Part shown: piece after piece, positions 13,553-26,644 of the stretch
Layout: each line of letters starts with the position of its first letter
Position numbering within the stretch: position 1 is the first letter of the stretch
NCBI GenBank assembly: GCA_964016885.1
Contig: OZ024746.1
Span: forward strand, 81,344,001-81,408,000
DNA length: 64,000 nt
Direction of reading: 5' to 3'
Origin: Eledone cirrhosa
Taxonomy: Eukaryota
Translations under genes and position numbers: made by a program
Notes under the pieces: model-generated
Seen by the model: only the letters and a program-made list of their open reading frames with translations
Told to the model about the DNA's origin: nothing
The model's database searches: none

Positions 13553-13718
13553 ACATATATACATACATATATACATACATATATATATACATATATACAT
13601 ACATATATATATACATATATACATACATATATACATATATATATATACACATATATATATACATATATATATATACATATATATATCATCATCATCATCA
13701 TCGTTTAACGTCCGTGTT

Positions 13719-13795
<77 letters not shown>

Positions 13796-14206
13796 CATAT
13801 ATATATACATATACATATATATACATACATATATATATACATATACATATATATATATACACATATACATATATATATATATATATATACATATATATAT
13901 ACATATACATATATATACATACATATATATATACATATACATATATATATATACACATATACATATATATATATACATATACATATATATATATACATAT
14001 ACATATATATACATATACATATATATATACATACATATATATATATATACATATATATACATATACATATATATACATATACATATATATATATATATAC
14101 ATACATATATATATACATATATATATACATATACATATATATATATATATATATACATATATATATACATATATAGCTTTTCGCTGCAGTGTTTTCTATA
14201 CCTTTC

Positions 14207-14276
<70 letters not shown>

Positions 14277-14348
14277 CTGTGTGAGAAGGTTTAATTATGG
14301 TACCATAAGCAAATGTTCATGTATGTCTGCATGTATATAGACATGGTT

Positions 14349-14387
<39 letters not shown>

Positions 14388-15514
14388 AAGTGTGTGTGTG
14401 AGTTTATTTATGGTGCCATAAGCAAAAGTGTATTAGTCCCTACCAAAATAGAAAACTGTAAACTTCCACTCACATTTATTATCACTAAGTTTAAATATAG
14501 ATTACTTTAAATTGGACTTGATTTGCATCATATCAGTGGCAGAGATTAGTTTGATGTGGAAGCAAGCCTGGAACCATTGCCTTCACATAGTATGTATGTG
14601 TATGCATGTCTGTGTGTGTCCGTCAGAGCCTGTATATGTGCTTACTTAACTGTCTAAACAGTCTTCAGTAGCTGCTTGCAATAAGTTCGGTGAGATGGTG
14701 GAGGAACACTGTTGTTTCTTGTTGTTAGTGGGGGTGGTGGTGATTCACTAATTTGGCAGTGGTGTAGATGTTGTACATGCATGGTAGTGGTAGTGGTGGT
14801 GGTGATGGTGATGGTGGTGGAAGAGGTTTATAAACTTTGAAATGTATTTGATAAGGTCCACAGCTGTACAGTACAATAGAAGTTAAAATAACTTAGCACC
14901 AAAATCCTTATCACCACCACCACCACCACCACCACCAGTGGCAAACCAGCATTTTAGAGACCTTGAAGCTCAAACTTATTTTATTATGTGAACCCCTTAG
15001 CAACCCAAAAGAGCCCTGAAGCTTAAACTTCATTAGTTTCATAGTAGATCTACTACTGACTGCCACTACATGTCACCAATGGTGGATTAAGGGAGGTGGA
15101 GTGGGGCCAACTGGGTTTTAACCAGGAGTCCTGACTCCAATATTAAACAGCCCAAAATCAATTTTATGGGGGGGGGGGGGGGGCTATTATAAATAATATA
15201 TTATACATAGATGAATCTCGCAGGGACGCCATGCAAGCTTAATCGGCATATTACCAAATATTGAATTGAAGTAGGAGTAAATAAAATCAGGCTGAAATAT
15301 CAAAAACATTGCTGCAATCAAACGAGAATAGGATACAGAGACCTAAGCCCCATACCATGATACCTTGTATAACATCCAGGACCTTGATCGGTTATTTGCT
15401 CTAAGACTAGGAAACAAATAAAACATTTATATATATGAATGTTTGTTTGAAACGTTTTCAATATTTGAAATACAATCAATAAACTAGAGACTAAGATATT
15501 AGTTTCAATCATAT

Positions 15515-15815
15515 CTATAAGGTCAAAGGTTCAATCCAACTGCATGACATCTTGAGCCTTGGGTCAAGCCAAGCTTTGTGAGTGAAATCAGATAGACAGA
15601 CAGTTTGGAAACCTGTTGAATGGATTGTACTTGTAATTAATTCAAAGGGCCATCCTTGTCACACACTGTGGGTGGCTGATTTCCCCTGAGAATTACATGA
15701 AGGATATGCATGTCTGCAGAATGCTTAGCCACTTGCATGTTAATACAGGTAATTTCATGAGCAGGTGGGTCGGTTGATCAAACAACTGGAACACTCATTG
15801 CCAAAACCGATGGAG
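15515..15815 (+). mobile_element. SINE family S3, decayed (related at about 28725-28900 and 56180-56450)
   Basis: Shared GGTTCAATCC..CTGC..CATCTTG..CAAG..AAGC(C/T)TTGTGAGT and CTTGTCACAC...CCCCTGAGAATTAC blocks. Confidence 0.55.
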
Positions 15816-15836
15816 TTTATTTCCTCCCTCTCTTCC

Positions 15837-16050
15837 TTAACCCTTTACCATTTACATTACTCTATATATACTAATGTATTTCCGTGGTAGAGGCTTTATC
15901 TCAATAATATCGAATTTATGAGATTTTGATATTATTTAATTTGAGAATATACCTTAACACCAGTATGAGTGGCTAGTTACGGCTGGTTTGTACAGAAAGA
16001 GGTGAGAGAATTCTGGCCAGATACAGCCGGTTTAAATACTAAAGGGTTAA
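15837..16050 (+). mobile_element. piggyBac-type MITE, family A
   Basis: TTAA|CCCTTTACCATTTA ... TAAATACTAAAGGG|TTAA, about 210 bp. Five copies in the window. Confidence 0.85.
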
Positions 16051-16869
16051 ATCATATCCATGAAAATGAAGAAAAGAAGCAAACAAGTAAATAAAAAGTT
16101 AGTGAAAAATCAACATGATTAGCCATCCTAAGACAAAAGAAATGCAGAACTTATACCTATATTTTATAAACAATCCCCATCACCCTAATATTTAGATAAC
16201 ACAAAATCTGTTTTAGAAGGAGAGTATATTAACTCTAAAAATCCTATAATGATTATCAGAACATATCTAAAAGTGGGTTTGTTAATTCAAATGTTTATGG
16301 TATCTTCATTAGTAGAGGGTAAAGTTTTGTGAAAATTTGAATTTTAGGCTTTAATTTTTAATGTGATGGAGTCCTGCTGCTGTTTTCACTTTTCAAGAAA
16401 GTCTTGTTAATGCAGTTTTATGTACTAGAGAATGTTAAGAGTTAACATAAAAAGATTACATGAATTATTTATTCAATTTTATTAAAAGATGATAACTTAT
16501 ATCATGGAACCCCATAATGTTTAGCAAAACCCAACCATTCCCTAGAATCCACAATATTATCCAAGGGTATACAAAACTCAGGTTTCATTTTTTCTGCATT
16601 TTCTACAGTGCAGATAGTAATTTGGATTTCATTTACAATGAAATACACTGAAAAACCATGGAGTTTCTTTGTGTTTGGGGAGACTATTGCATGGATAGGA
16701 ACATGACTGGCTCCCTATAAAATCCAAGTTTTCATAGAGGAAATCTCTATTGAAGCTATAAATTGGATTAGAACAGAATTTGTAAACAACAATTCCAACA
16801 TGAATCATTTCATGTTATCAACAACAAAATGATGATGCAATTTTTTCAGAACTATTTTATAATTATTGA

Positions 16870-17075
16870 TTTGTAATTTAGGCACAATGTCAGCAAATTT
16901 GGGGGAAGAGTAAAGTTGATTAAATCCACTCCAATACTTGACTGGCACTTTATATTATTGACCCCGGAAAAGATGAAAGGTAAAGTTGAACTTGGTGGGA
17001 TTTGAACTCAGAATATAAAGAGCTAGAACAAATACTGCAAAAGTATTTTATCTGACACTCTACTAATCCATTACC
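16870..17075 (-). mobile_element. SINE family S1, diverged (other decayed pieces at about 18560-18730, 19485-19610, 22600-22660, 36880-37010)
   Basis: GATGAAAGGTAAAGTTGAACTTGGTGGGATTTGAACTCAGAA core. Confidence 0.7.
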
Positions 17076-20044
17076 CTGAATTATTTTATAATTACAATTG
17101 AATAGTTTTCCATCAATAATGTTTCACAGTTTCTTGTGATTTCTAGATGTTGACTGTCATGACTCAAGCAAATCATACAAAACTTCATTATATCATCTTT
17201 TTAGTCTGCCATACCCTTTGATTTAATAATTCATATGAATGCTTGAATTTCAAGTACACATTAAGAAAGGCATCCAGCCATAGAAACATTGCCAAAAATG
17301 GAACAAGCTGAGTGAAAGATAGTTCCCTAAACTGTCTAGTACAGTAGCTTCAATTGTATTAACTTCATGTGTAATGACCCATCAAATACCCACACCAGCA
17401 TAGAAAAACATGTATGATAATCCAAGAAAACAAAATGCAAATGTATAATACTTTATTATTATTTTTAAAAGTAAACTAGGAGTAATTGTTGATCTTGGTA
17501 CCCTACTTATGAAAGTTTAAATTGAAAGTTTAAATTAGGAAAATATTGGAGAAATATTATATTTAGAATAAATTTTATCTATAAAGAAATAAATTATCAT
17601 ATAAATAAAAATAACATATTATTCACATATTTTAGAATTGCTACACACAAATTATATTTATGACAGGCAGATATCTAATACGATTTGGAGATATAGTATT
17701 GCTAACACATTTGCTGGTAATTGTTTTAAAAAGAACTAGAATATAAGACAGAATCAATTGTGTTGATTAATACAATCATTAGTTATTTCTGAACCAATAT
17801 CTAAGTCAATGCCATCTTGAAATGAAACAGGTGAAAGGGTGAAAGGGTGATTGTAGACAATGTGGTTCAGTAATATTTTGGTAACCATTTATATTAAAAT
17901 CTATTATAATGGCAGCTGAAGAAAGTTAAAAAGGTGGCAGCAGACAGTGTGGCACTCTGCTAACATAGATTAGTATGTAAGTCAAGGTCAGCTGATCAAG
18001 GTGAACTGTTAATAGGTTAACAGCAGAGACAGCATAGTTTGAATGGTAATTGTTTACATTAAAATCTATGTCAATAGCACTTGAACCAGGTGAGAAGGTG
18101 ATTATAAGCATTATTACACTGCGATAACTATGTACTACATTTTAACATTGGGCCAAGAACTTTGTTTAATATATTTTACAATGCATTCCAATTTATACAA
18201 GGATATAAAAGTAAAGCCATAAGTTCTAAAGCAACTTTACAAAAGTTAATTTAACCACTTATTTGGTATCTATTTTATAGTACTGGAAAGATATAAAATT
18301 TGATAGAAATTTAAACAGAAAAGCTATGAAACTTATGAGGTCAACATAACTGAATAGTTAAGTTACCATGATAGAAGAGCTGAAAATGAGAAATCTTAGA
18401 AACAGGACAAGTACACCATTGGCTAAGTAATGTTATCTAAAACAAAAGAAAGGCATAGAGCATCAGATTAGACCAAGGAAACCATGTTTTTAGTAGTATT
18501 TTCATTGCAGATACTATCTACCAGTTACAACTGCTGGCAGAAGGAGGCAGCATTTGAACTCAGACTGGCAGAATTGGATGAGATGCTGGAGAGCATCTCA
18601 TCCAATTCTGCCAGTCCACCGCCACTGGACTGGTGCTTCAACCCCCAAAAGCATGGAAGACAAAGTTGAACTCAGAGCACAGAGAATCTGAACATTAATT
18701 TAATGCTCTAACAATCCTACCAATTCATCATGAAAAACAATTGTGTCAAAGTATAGATTTCTTTTTTTCTTTTTAAGCAAAAATACTTATTTTGTGGAAA
18801 TACTTTCAACACATCTCCCTCACCATCCTCCAGGGCAACACTTTCTTCATTCTGTCTGCTGAGAACATGAAGCAACTCGCCAGAAAATACTCCTCTACAG
18901 TGTCCAGGCCAACATCATTGGGATAGCGATGTTTGAGACCTCTTTATTCATTTATTTAAAATTATTTTCTCTGTATTAAATCAGTTTCAAAGTAATTACT
19001 TATTTTGTTAAAAATGGTATCTAAAAAACAAAGCCTTTACTTCAGGGCCAGATGTTACTGAAAAGCTGTTGCCCTTTTTATAAGGCATCAGACTATAGCT
19101 CATATTTGATATGAAAGAACTGTTGTACAGACAAACCTTAAACCCTTTAATTACTAAAATATTAGAATCACTTGCACACTTATGTGTTGTATACTATGTT
19201 TTCTATTGTTACTACAACACTGCCTGCTCCCCTGTATTAGCAAATTGTGTACCCACACCTAATTCTATTCAATTCCCCTGCCTACTGGAAGACTTACTAT
19301 CTCAATCCCCCAAAGCCACACATTCCAACCAAATCTTTATCTCCAGAACTGTAGTCTTGAAGTCCTCTTCCCACCTATAATGAATATTCAATTATATCTG
19401 CATCATCAAAGCTATGAACACTAATACTCACTCCCCAAACTAAAAGAAAAAATAAGAAAAATGAAAAAAAAAATAATATAGAGCAACGGGTTTGAATCCC
19501 ACCAAGGTCAACTTTGCCATTTGAATCCCACCAAGGTCAACTTTGCCATAAGTACTGGATCGATATAATTGACTTCCACTTCTTGCTGGTCTTTTACTGT
19601 GAGAAACAATTATGAAACTTTTAGTGTAAACTAGATGAAAATTTGACATATTGAATATCATCATCATCATCATTTAACGTCTATCTTCCATGCTAGCATG
19701 GGTTAGACGGGAAATATGTATATTTTAATTTTAGATTTTTTTAAAAACTCCTGCAATATCATTATTGATATGAAGTTATAAGCACCTGAAACCTTTACTG
19801 AATATCAGTCCTTCAAATCACAGTTTTGACTTGCTTTGGGTCGTTATTCCCAAACTATTATTCAAATTAACTATTTAATCAATGAAAACAATTCCTAAGA
19901 GAGGTCAATGGTTACCGTATTCTGTATTGGAACTAAAGTAAAGTGACTAAATTCTTTGCTGGCACTACAATCACTAAATCCAATCTCAAGTATCAATAAA
20001 AAAAAAATCAATATGGTCAATTTCAGAGCATGGTGCCTAGATAC

Positions 20045-20271
20045 TTAACCCCTTTAGCATTTAAACCAGCCATATCTGACTGGATTCTCTCACCTCTTTC
20101 TGTTCAAACTGGCTGTAACTGGTCGTTCATACTGACATTAAGGAATTGTCCTCAAAATAAATATCAAAATCTTTAGATTCAATATTATAGGGAATAATTA
20201 TGTCAAATAAAGTGTTTACCATGAAAATATAATAGTATATATAGAGAGTAATGTAAATACTAAAGGGTTAA
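20045..20271 (-). mobile_element. piggyBac-type MITE, family A
   Basis: TTAA TSDs and CCCTTTAGCATTTA TIR. Body inverted relative to the other copies. Confidence 0.85.
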
Positions 20272-21210
20272 GGTGTGAAGGTCAATTCTTGACACAAAAC
20301 AGAACTCAACAAGCCAAAATGAAAGCACTACTATGCCAGAAATAGCAGCCAAATCACCCTCAATTCATACACTTCAAGGGCATATTGGGCGATATACTCC
20401 TAGACAGACTGAAAAAAGGCTGGATGTCTTAGCTGGAACATCTATGATAATAGTAGGTCAGCTGAATAAGAGCTGACTAAGAGTTAGTAAATCAGGTGAA
20501 AAAAAAGTACTACTTCTATTGGACAGTGTGAAAAGAAGTAATCAACTATAAAACACTTGTTAGAAATAACAGCTAAATCGTTTTGCTTGATCAGAGCTGA
20601 CCTATGGCTAAAACAAAAGACCACGTCAATTTATTGCTAGTGTCTGAATTTGTGGACTTGTGTGTGTTGTAACAACTACACTGGAAAATGAAAGAAAATA
20701 AAACACACATACAGACACACACACAACATATGTCCTATTAAAGTATTAAAGAGTTAAGATAACAGATAACAATCTAGTTTAGTGTTGTTAGCCTGCTTCT
20801 TCTAGTTGCTGGAAGGATGAAGGAGCCACTCTAGTTTAACAACTTTCAGGTTACCTGTCTACCTTTCTAAGGTGAGTCTATTTAGGTTAGGTTATGGCTG
20901 GTAGTATCAGTGGTGAAGATCTGGGTGTAAGATTTCACAGGTGAAATATCAACTGGTTAACTTAAACAGGCACAAGATTTACTGATGATAATAAATGCAG
21001 CAGACATACACTACTAGCATGGAAAAGCTTGAAGCTAAGTTTGTTTTACTTCGTTTTTTTTTTCTTCTTCCTTTACTTTTGGAACTTTACATTATAATGT
21101 ATACATTTCTGATTTTGGTATTTGGCAGAGAAGAAGGGTATAATAATGCATATATTCATATATGTATATATTATACACACATGCACATACAAATATATAT
21201 ATATATACAT

Positions 21211-21390
21211 ACAAGTAAGACCCCGGCGGCTGAGTTCAAGCCGTTTCTGGACAGAATTAGCCGTCGAAACGGCTTGAGCTCAGCCGTCGGGGTCTTACTT
21301 GTTCCTATTACCCACTCTACTACCCTAAGTATTGAGTACTTTGGTGCGTTATGGTCCACCTGGTTCCTTACCACATTTCCTTCGTTATAT
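21211..21390 (+). mobile_element. Short TA-embedded element (H2-related) with 3' half of a hammerhead and a 37-bp 5' foldback
   Basis: GAAA-CGGCT tgagctc AGCCG-TC|GGGGTC (stem III + GUC). Near-identical copy at 54481-54620. Confidence 0.6.
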
Positions 21391-21892
21391 ATATATACAT
21401 ATATATATACACACACACACATGCACATACAAATATATATATATGCATATATATATATATATATACATATATATATACACACATGCACATACAAATATAT
21501 ATATGTATATATATATATATACATATATACACACATACACATATATACACACAGACACATATATATATTATATAGACATATATGTACAGACATATATATA
21601 TGTATACATCAATGGCCAGCCAACACACGCAGGATATAGAAAGTATAGTAGCAAAGGTCGGTGCCCCAGCATGGCCTCAGCCGGAGGGCTGGGACAGGTA
21701 AAAGAGAGTAAAAGAGATATAGATACATATATACACACATATTTATATACATATATATACACATATATATACATATATATATATATACATATATATACAT
21801 ATGAAATACCAATGATGGTTGGCAAATCACTGATGAGGGACTAATTTTATATGTAACCCATGTGCAACCACGCAGTTTTCCTCTTTCTTCCC

Positions 21893-21929
<37 letters not shown>

Positions 21930-22769
21930 ACATCTATATATATATATATACATAAGTATATATACATATATCATCACCAATTACATCTACATGTATACAT
22001 CTACACACACACACACACACACACACACTTATACATGCATACAAATATTAGCTTTACAGAGTCAGTGTAGCTGATGGGGTCAACATTATGAATGGCTGCC
22101 TGAAAATGTCAGCTAGACACTACTTTCCTGTAAGACATAATGCTATATTAAAACCTCTATACAAAGCAATAAAAATCCAGGAAAGAGGCAAAAATTGACA
22201 GTAACATGAAGTGTACACACAGCCATAAAATAAAGAACATTGGTGGAATGTCCTAGTTTTAGTAGGATAACATGCAGAGTATAACAGATGTGTCATTGTT
22301 CTTTTAAAAAGACAGTGTAAAATATCTGCAATGTTGTACAAGCCTAGTAGACATAAACATGACATAGAAAAATGATTGAAAATGAGATTGTCTGCAGACA
22401 GCTGAAAGCAAACTTCAAACATTTATACTCAAATTATAAGGTTTAGCGAAATAACCAAAAGTCATTTAGACACTAAATTTATGACAGAGACTTGTAACCA
22501 ATATTGGTTTTAATTTAGGTAACAAGGCCAGTAAATTTGATTAAATCAACCCCAATACATGACTGGGATAACATTTCATCGAACTGAAAATGATGAAAGG
22601 TAAAATACCATTTCATCAACCCCTGAAGGATGAAAGGCAAAGTCTGCATTGTGAGGGAAATTTGGAAGAGAGAAACTACACAGCGAATGCTGATGAACAA
22701 AGTAACATCAGCTTGCTTCAAGAAACTCCAAGTACTTTGTATTTTATATAATATAGTATTTTATATAAT

Positions 22770-22834
<65 letters not shown>

Positions 22835-23069
22835 AAGGAGAGACATGTATCATAAGAGTGAAGGAGAGAGAAAAAATTGTGATACAGCATACTAGACACC
22901 AATAGCCGAAGCGAAGTGTGCTCAATGCTTAGGGGTGCAGTGTCAAGTATTATAGAAAGGTTAATATTTAATGAGAATTAAGCGCAGAAGGTAAGTAGAG
23001 CAAGTATAAGCAGAATGAATGGAGGAGAAGGCATTGCCTTCTTCTCCATTCATACTGCTTGTATGTATA

Positions 23070-23139
<70 letters not shown>

Positions 23140-23742
23140 TATATATGTGAGTGTGAGTGTATTCAACTCTTTTCAAACTTTCCTTTGAACAGTGACACCC
23201 ACATGAGTGAAGTAAGTAGAAAGCACACAGCAAAATTCAAATAGCTTTCGAGTTCTGTAGTGTATCCCTCAGGTAACACTTACTGAGCAACTTACTAGGG
23301 AGAACTAAGCATTCACATCCACTCATAATTAGAAAAGTAATTACATCCAGAGGGTACAAGTAAAATAATTTCATCTATGAGGGAGGGGGTTTGAAGAAAA
23401 CTCATTAAAAGTGATTGAACATAGAAATAATACATGGAACAACATTATCAAAACTCAAGTGATTTAACTTTACACAAAACCTGGAAAGTTACTTACACAA
23501 AAATGATATGAAACTCTAATAAGAGCCAAATGCAAAAGGCATAATTCTTTCCTAGACCTAGATATATACATTTTATCTCAGTTAAATGTGATTCGTTAAG
23601 ACTGCAAACAAAAATATCTTGACTGTAACCTCAAATGTCTTGTGTTGCAAGGAAGGCCATATAGGCACAGTTCTAATATTTCCTTCAACATGGTGGCAAA
23701 ACAAACTCAAGAAAATATTCTGCAATATGTAAACCAAATGAT

Positions 23743-24001
23743 TTAAAACTCTTTCATTACCATCTTTCTAATGAAAGGCACTGCCTATAATTTACAAATC
23801 ATTTAAAAAATTATCAGAAATTTGGATGAATTTTGAAATGTAACTTTCACATTAAATTTCTGTTTAGAATATAATTTAACAAAAGTGGCTACATAAAATT
23901 ATGATGGAACGATTTTAAATGAACATAAAAACTTTAAAGTAAACAGCTTTGTATCATAGAAACAGAAGTGGTTTGGGGTGGTTTGGTATCAAAAGGGTTA
24001 A
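23743..24001 (-). mobile_element. piggyBac-type MITE, family B
   Basis: Ends TTGGTATCAAAAGGG|TTAA. Reverse of the 936 and 3272 copies. Confidence 0.7.
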
Positions 24002-24050
24002 ATAAAATTACAGGTTCTCATTGACATCGATAATTGTTGATGCACTAGGC

Positions 24051-24292
24051 TAAGTGGTTCCCAGCCTTTTCAATAACAAGAATCACCTTTATTTAAAGAA
24101 ATCCTCCTATGGGCCCCAGCCCCACTATAGTTACTCCCCCACCCACCATATTGTTATATGGCAAGAATAACAATTGAAAGAGAGGAATATTAATACTTAG
24201 AGAATAGTGTGAACATATGTTTTTAACAAAATACTTGAAATTTCAAACATAGTTCAGAACTATCTTTGCAGACCCCCAGTTGGGAACTGTTG
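24051..24292. mobile_element. hAT (Charlie-like) MITE
   Basis: AGTGGTTCCCAGC ... GTTGGGAACTGTTG TIRs. 8-bp TSD CACTAGGC / CATTAGGC. Confidence 0.7.
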
Positions 24293-24755
24293 CATTAGGC
24301 TATATAATACAATGAGACAGAAAAAACAATTCAACTTTAACATTTTATCTATCAGTTGAATAGATTTTTAAGCTATATTAAACATTTCTCAGTTGTATCA
24401 ATTGGAAATATATATACATACACCATATATATTTCAATATAAGCTGAGGAATATGTAACTTAAAATATCGATGATAAAAATAGGGTTGGCTTATATTCGT
24501 ATCAACATATATTCAAGTATATATGGCATATATACATAGCTGTCTGTGAATCTATATGCTGTTAAAAAAGTAGAAAATTGAAGTCTGTCCCAAGCCTTAA
24601 CCACTAGGTCATATGCCTTCATATTTACATTACATTAAAATAACTTTTTCATATTGTTAAGGGACAAACTTCAGAGTTTGCAATGGAAATGCTAAGTAAT
24701 TGTTGATTTCTAGCCCATAAAGAAAACCATAAATTTGTGGAGAAAGAACATTTGA

Positions 24756-24963
24756 TTAACCCTTTTGATACAACCAGCCAAAACCAGCTCTGATTCTAGG
24801 AAACAAAACCACCTTATTTAAATTAAAATCAACCAACATAATTTTATATAAGAACCAAATAAGAATGAAATAATTACTGATTTTAACAAATTCCTCTAAA
24901 ATATTCATTAATTTAATTGAAGTACAATGTATTTCATTAGAAATATGGTAATGAAAATGTTAA
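24756..24963 (+). mobile_element. piggyBac-type MITE, family B
   Basis: TTAA|CCCTTTTGATAC ... TTAGAAATATGGTAATGAAAATG|TTAA. Confidence 0.7.
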
Positions 24964-25418
24964 ATCAGTGAGAGTGTGAATGCTACTTATCTTATTAACT
25001 TTCTGAGCTGGGAACTCAAACTGTATAAGGAATCAACAAGGACTCTGATGCTTAACTGATTAAGACAATCCCAAATATCAAGATGATATACAGAGCACAG
25101 ATGTTTTAACCTTGAAGTTTTTAAAATAAACAACCATATTATAATAACCATAAAAATATATATATATAAACGCAAAACAATTTCAGCCTTTGCTGTAATT
25201 ATTAGTTCAATCAAAATCATAAAGTAGTTTTTATTAAAAAGAATATATAAGATTTATTGCTGAAACCTATGACTAGTTCACTTAAAAGTAGTTATAGTTA
25301 GGAGGCAATAAATAACTTCCTTGATATCAAGTTTAATATGTATCAGTTTACACACATTTTCAATTGAATTATCATTACTATCTGTATAAAAGCAAAATGT
25401 ACTCAAGTTTACCATTGC

Positions 25419-25631
25419 TTAACCCTTTAGCATTTACATTACTCTATATATTCTATTGTATTTTCACAGTAAAGGCTTTATCTCACATAATATCAAATGT
25501 ATAAGATTTTGATATTTATTTTTAAAACAATACCTTAACATCAGTATGAGTGGCCAGTTACAGCTGGATTGAACAGAAAGAGTTGAGACAATTCTGGCCG
25601 GATACAGCTGGTTTAAATGCTAAAGGGTTAA
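25419..25631 (+). mobile_element. piggyBac-type MITE, family A
   Basis: TTAA|CCCTTTAGCATTTA ... TAAATGCTAAAGGG|TTAA, perfect 14-bp TIR. Confidence 0.9.
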
Positions 25632-25937
25632 ATCACATGCTGTATTATATGTTTTTATATGTTTCGGTAGAACATTCAACCCCACCCATGATTTTACACA
25701 TCTGATAAAAACTATATCAAATATCAAATTTAACACTCAATACTAAACAAAGAAAGAAAATGTTAAAAAGTAAGTCAAGTAAAACTTAATTAGTAATCAT
25801 TCATATAACCATGAGTACATAAGGGAATCACTAATTAAGTACAACAGTAATTTTGTCTGGTTTACCTTATTCTTCATGTTGGCTTTCCCTATTTAGTTTT
25901 TTTTTCTTTTTGGTGTGTGTGTGTATATATATATAAA

Positions 25938-26644
25938 TGGGGTTCACTGGAGGGACCACATCAGTGATGTCGAGATTTTGTAAAGCTCTATGTGTGACAG
26001 TATAGAAGCTCTTGTGCTTAAACGACTCTGTTGGAGTGGTCACCTTGCCAGGATGAAGGATTCTAGAATACCAAAATAACTCTTTTATGGAGAGTTAGTT
26101 AAAGGAAAACGACCGCCACATAAACCAAAAAAGAGGTATAAGGATTCCTTGAAAGCCTCTCTGAAAGACGCTAACATCTCTGCTGATACATGGGAGAATA
26201 TTGCTGCTGATCGTAATAAATGGAGAAAGACTGTATATGAGGGAAAGTTGCCTTTGAGGCATCTCGAATCGCATACGAGAAAGTAAAGTGAGGAAGGGCA
26301 TTGCTGTTGCACTTCCAGACGGCGAAGGTCCTCCTATGGTGCTGACATACAGCGTCTGTGCGAGACTCTGCCTAAGCAAAGCTGGACTCGAAAGTCATTT
26401 TCGCAGTCATAAAGTAAGACCAGTGGTTGACTACCAGGCTGCTGTTGGAGATGCTACTCATGATGCTTGCCAAGCATGTGGTAGAGAATGTAAATCAGCA
26501 GGAGGGCTCAAACGACATGCAAAAGTACATGAACTCTAACCATAGCCGGCTATTCCCAGTGAATGTTTTGGTTGGTGACTCTGTGCAAGACATTTTAGAT
26601 CATTGGCTGGGCTAAAAAGCCACATTCGATCGCAGCGCTGTTAG
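25938..26644 (+). mobile_element. RTE-clade LINE 3' ORF remnant with C-terminal zinc fingers
   Basis: VHWRDHISDVEIL...RLCWSGHLARMKDSRIPK*LFYGELVKGKRPPHKPKKRYKDSLKASLK...WENIAADRNKWRK, then ZnF-like CQACGRECKSAGGLKRHAKVH. Multiple stops. Confidence 0.85.

Noticed and set aside
18790-18945. Possible mariner C-terminal relic on the minus strand
   Set aside because: Too degenerate to support without a profile search.
22688-22740. CTGATGA...GAAAC...GTA
   Set aside because: No stem I or stem II pairing. Chance match.
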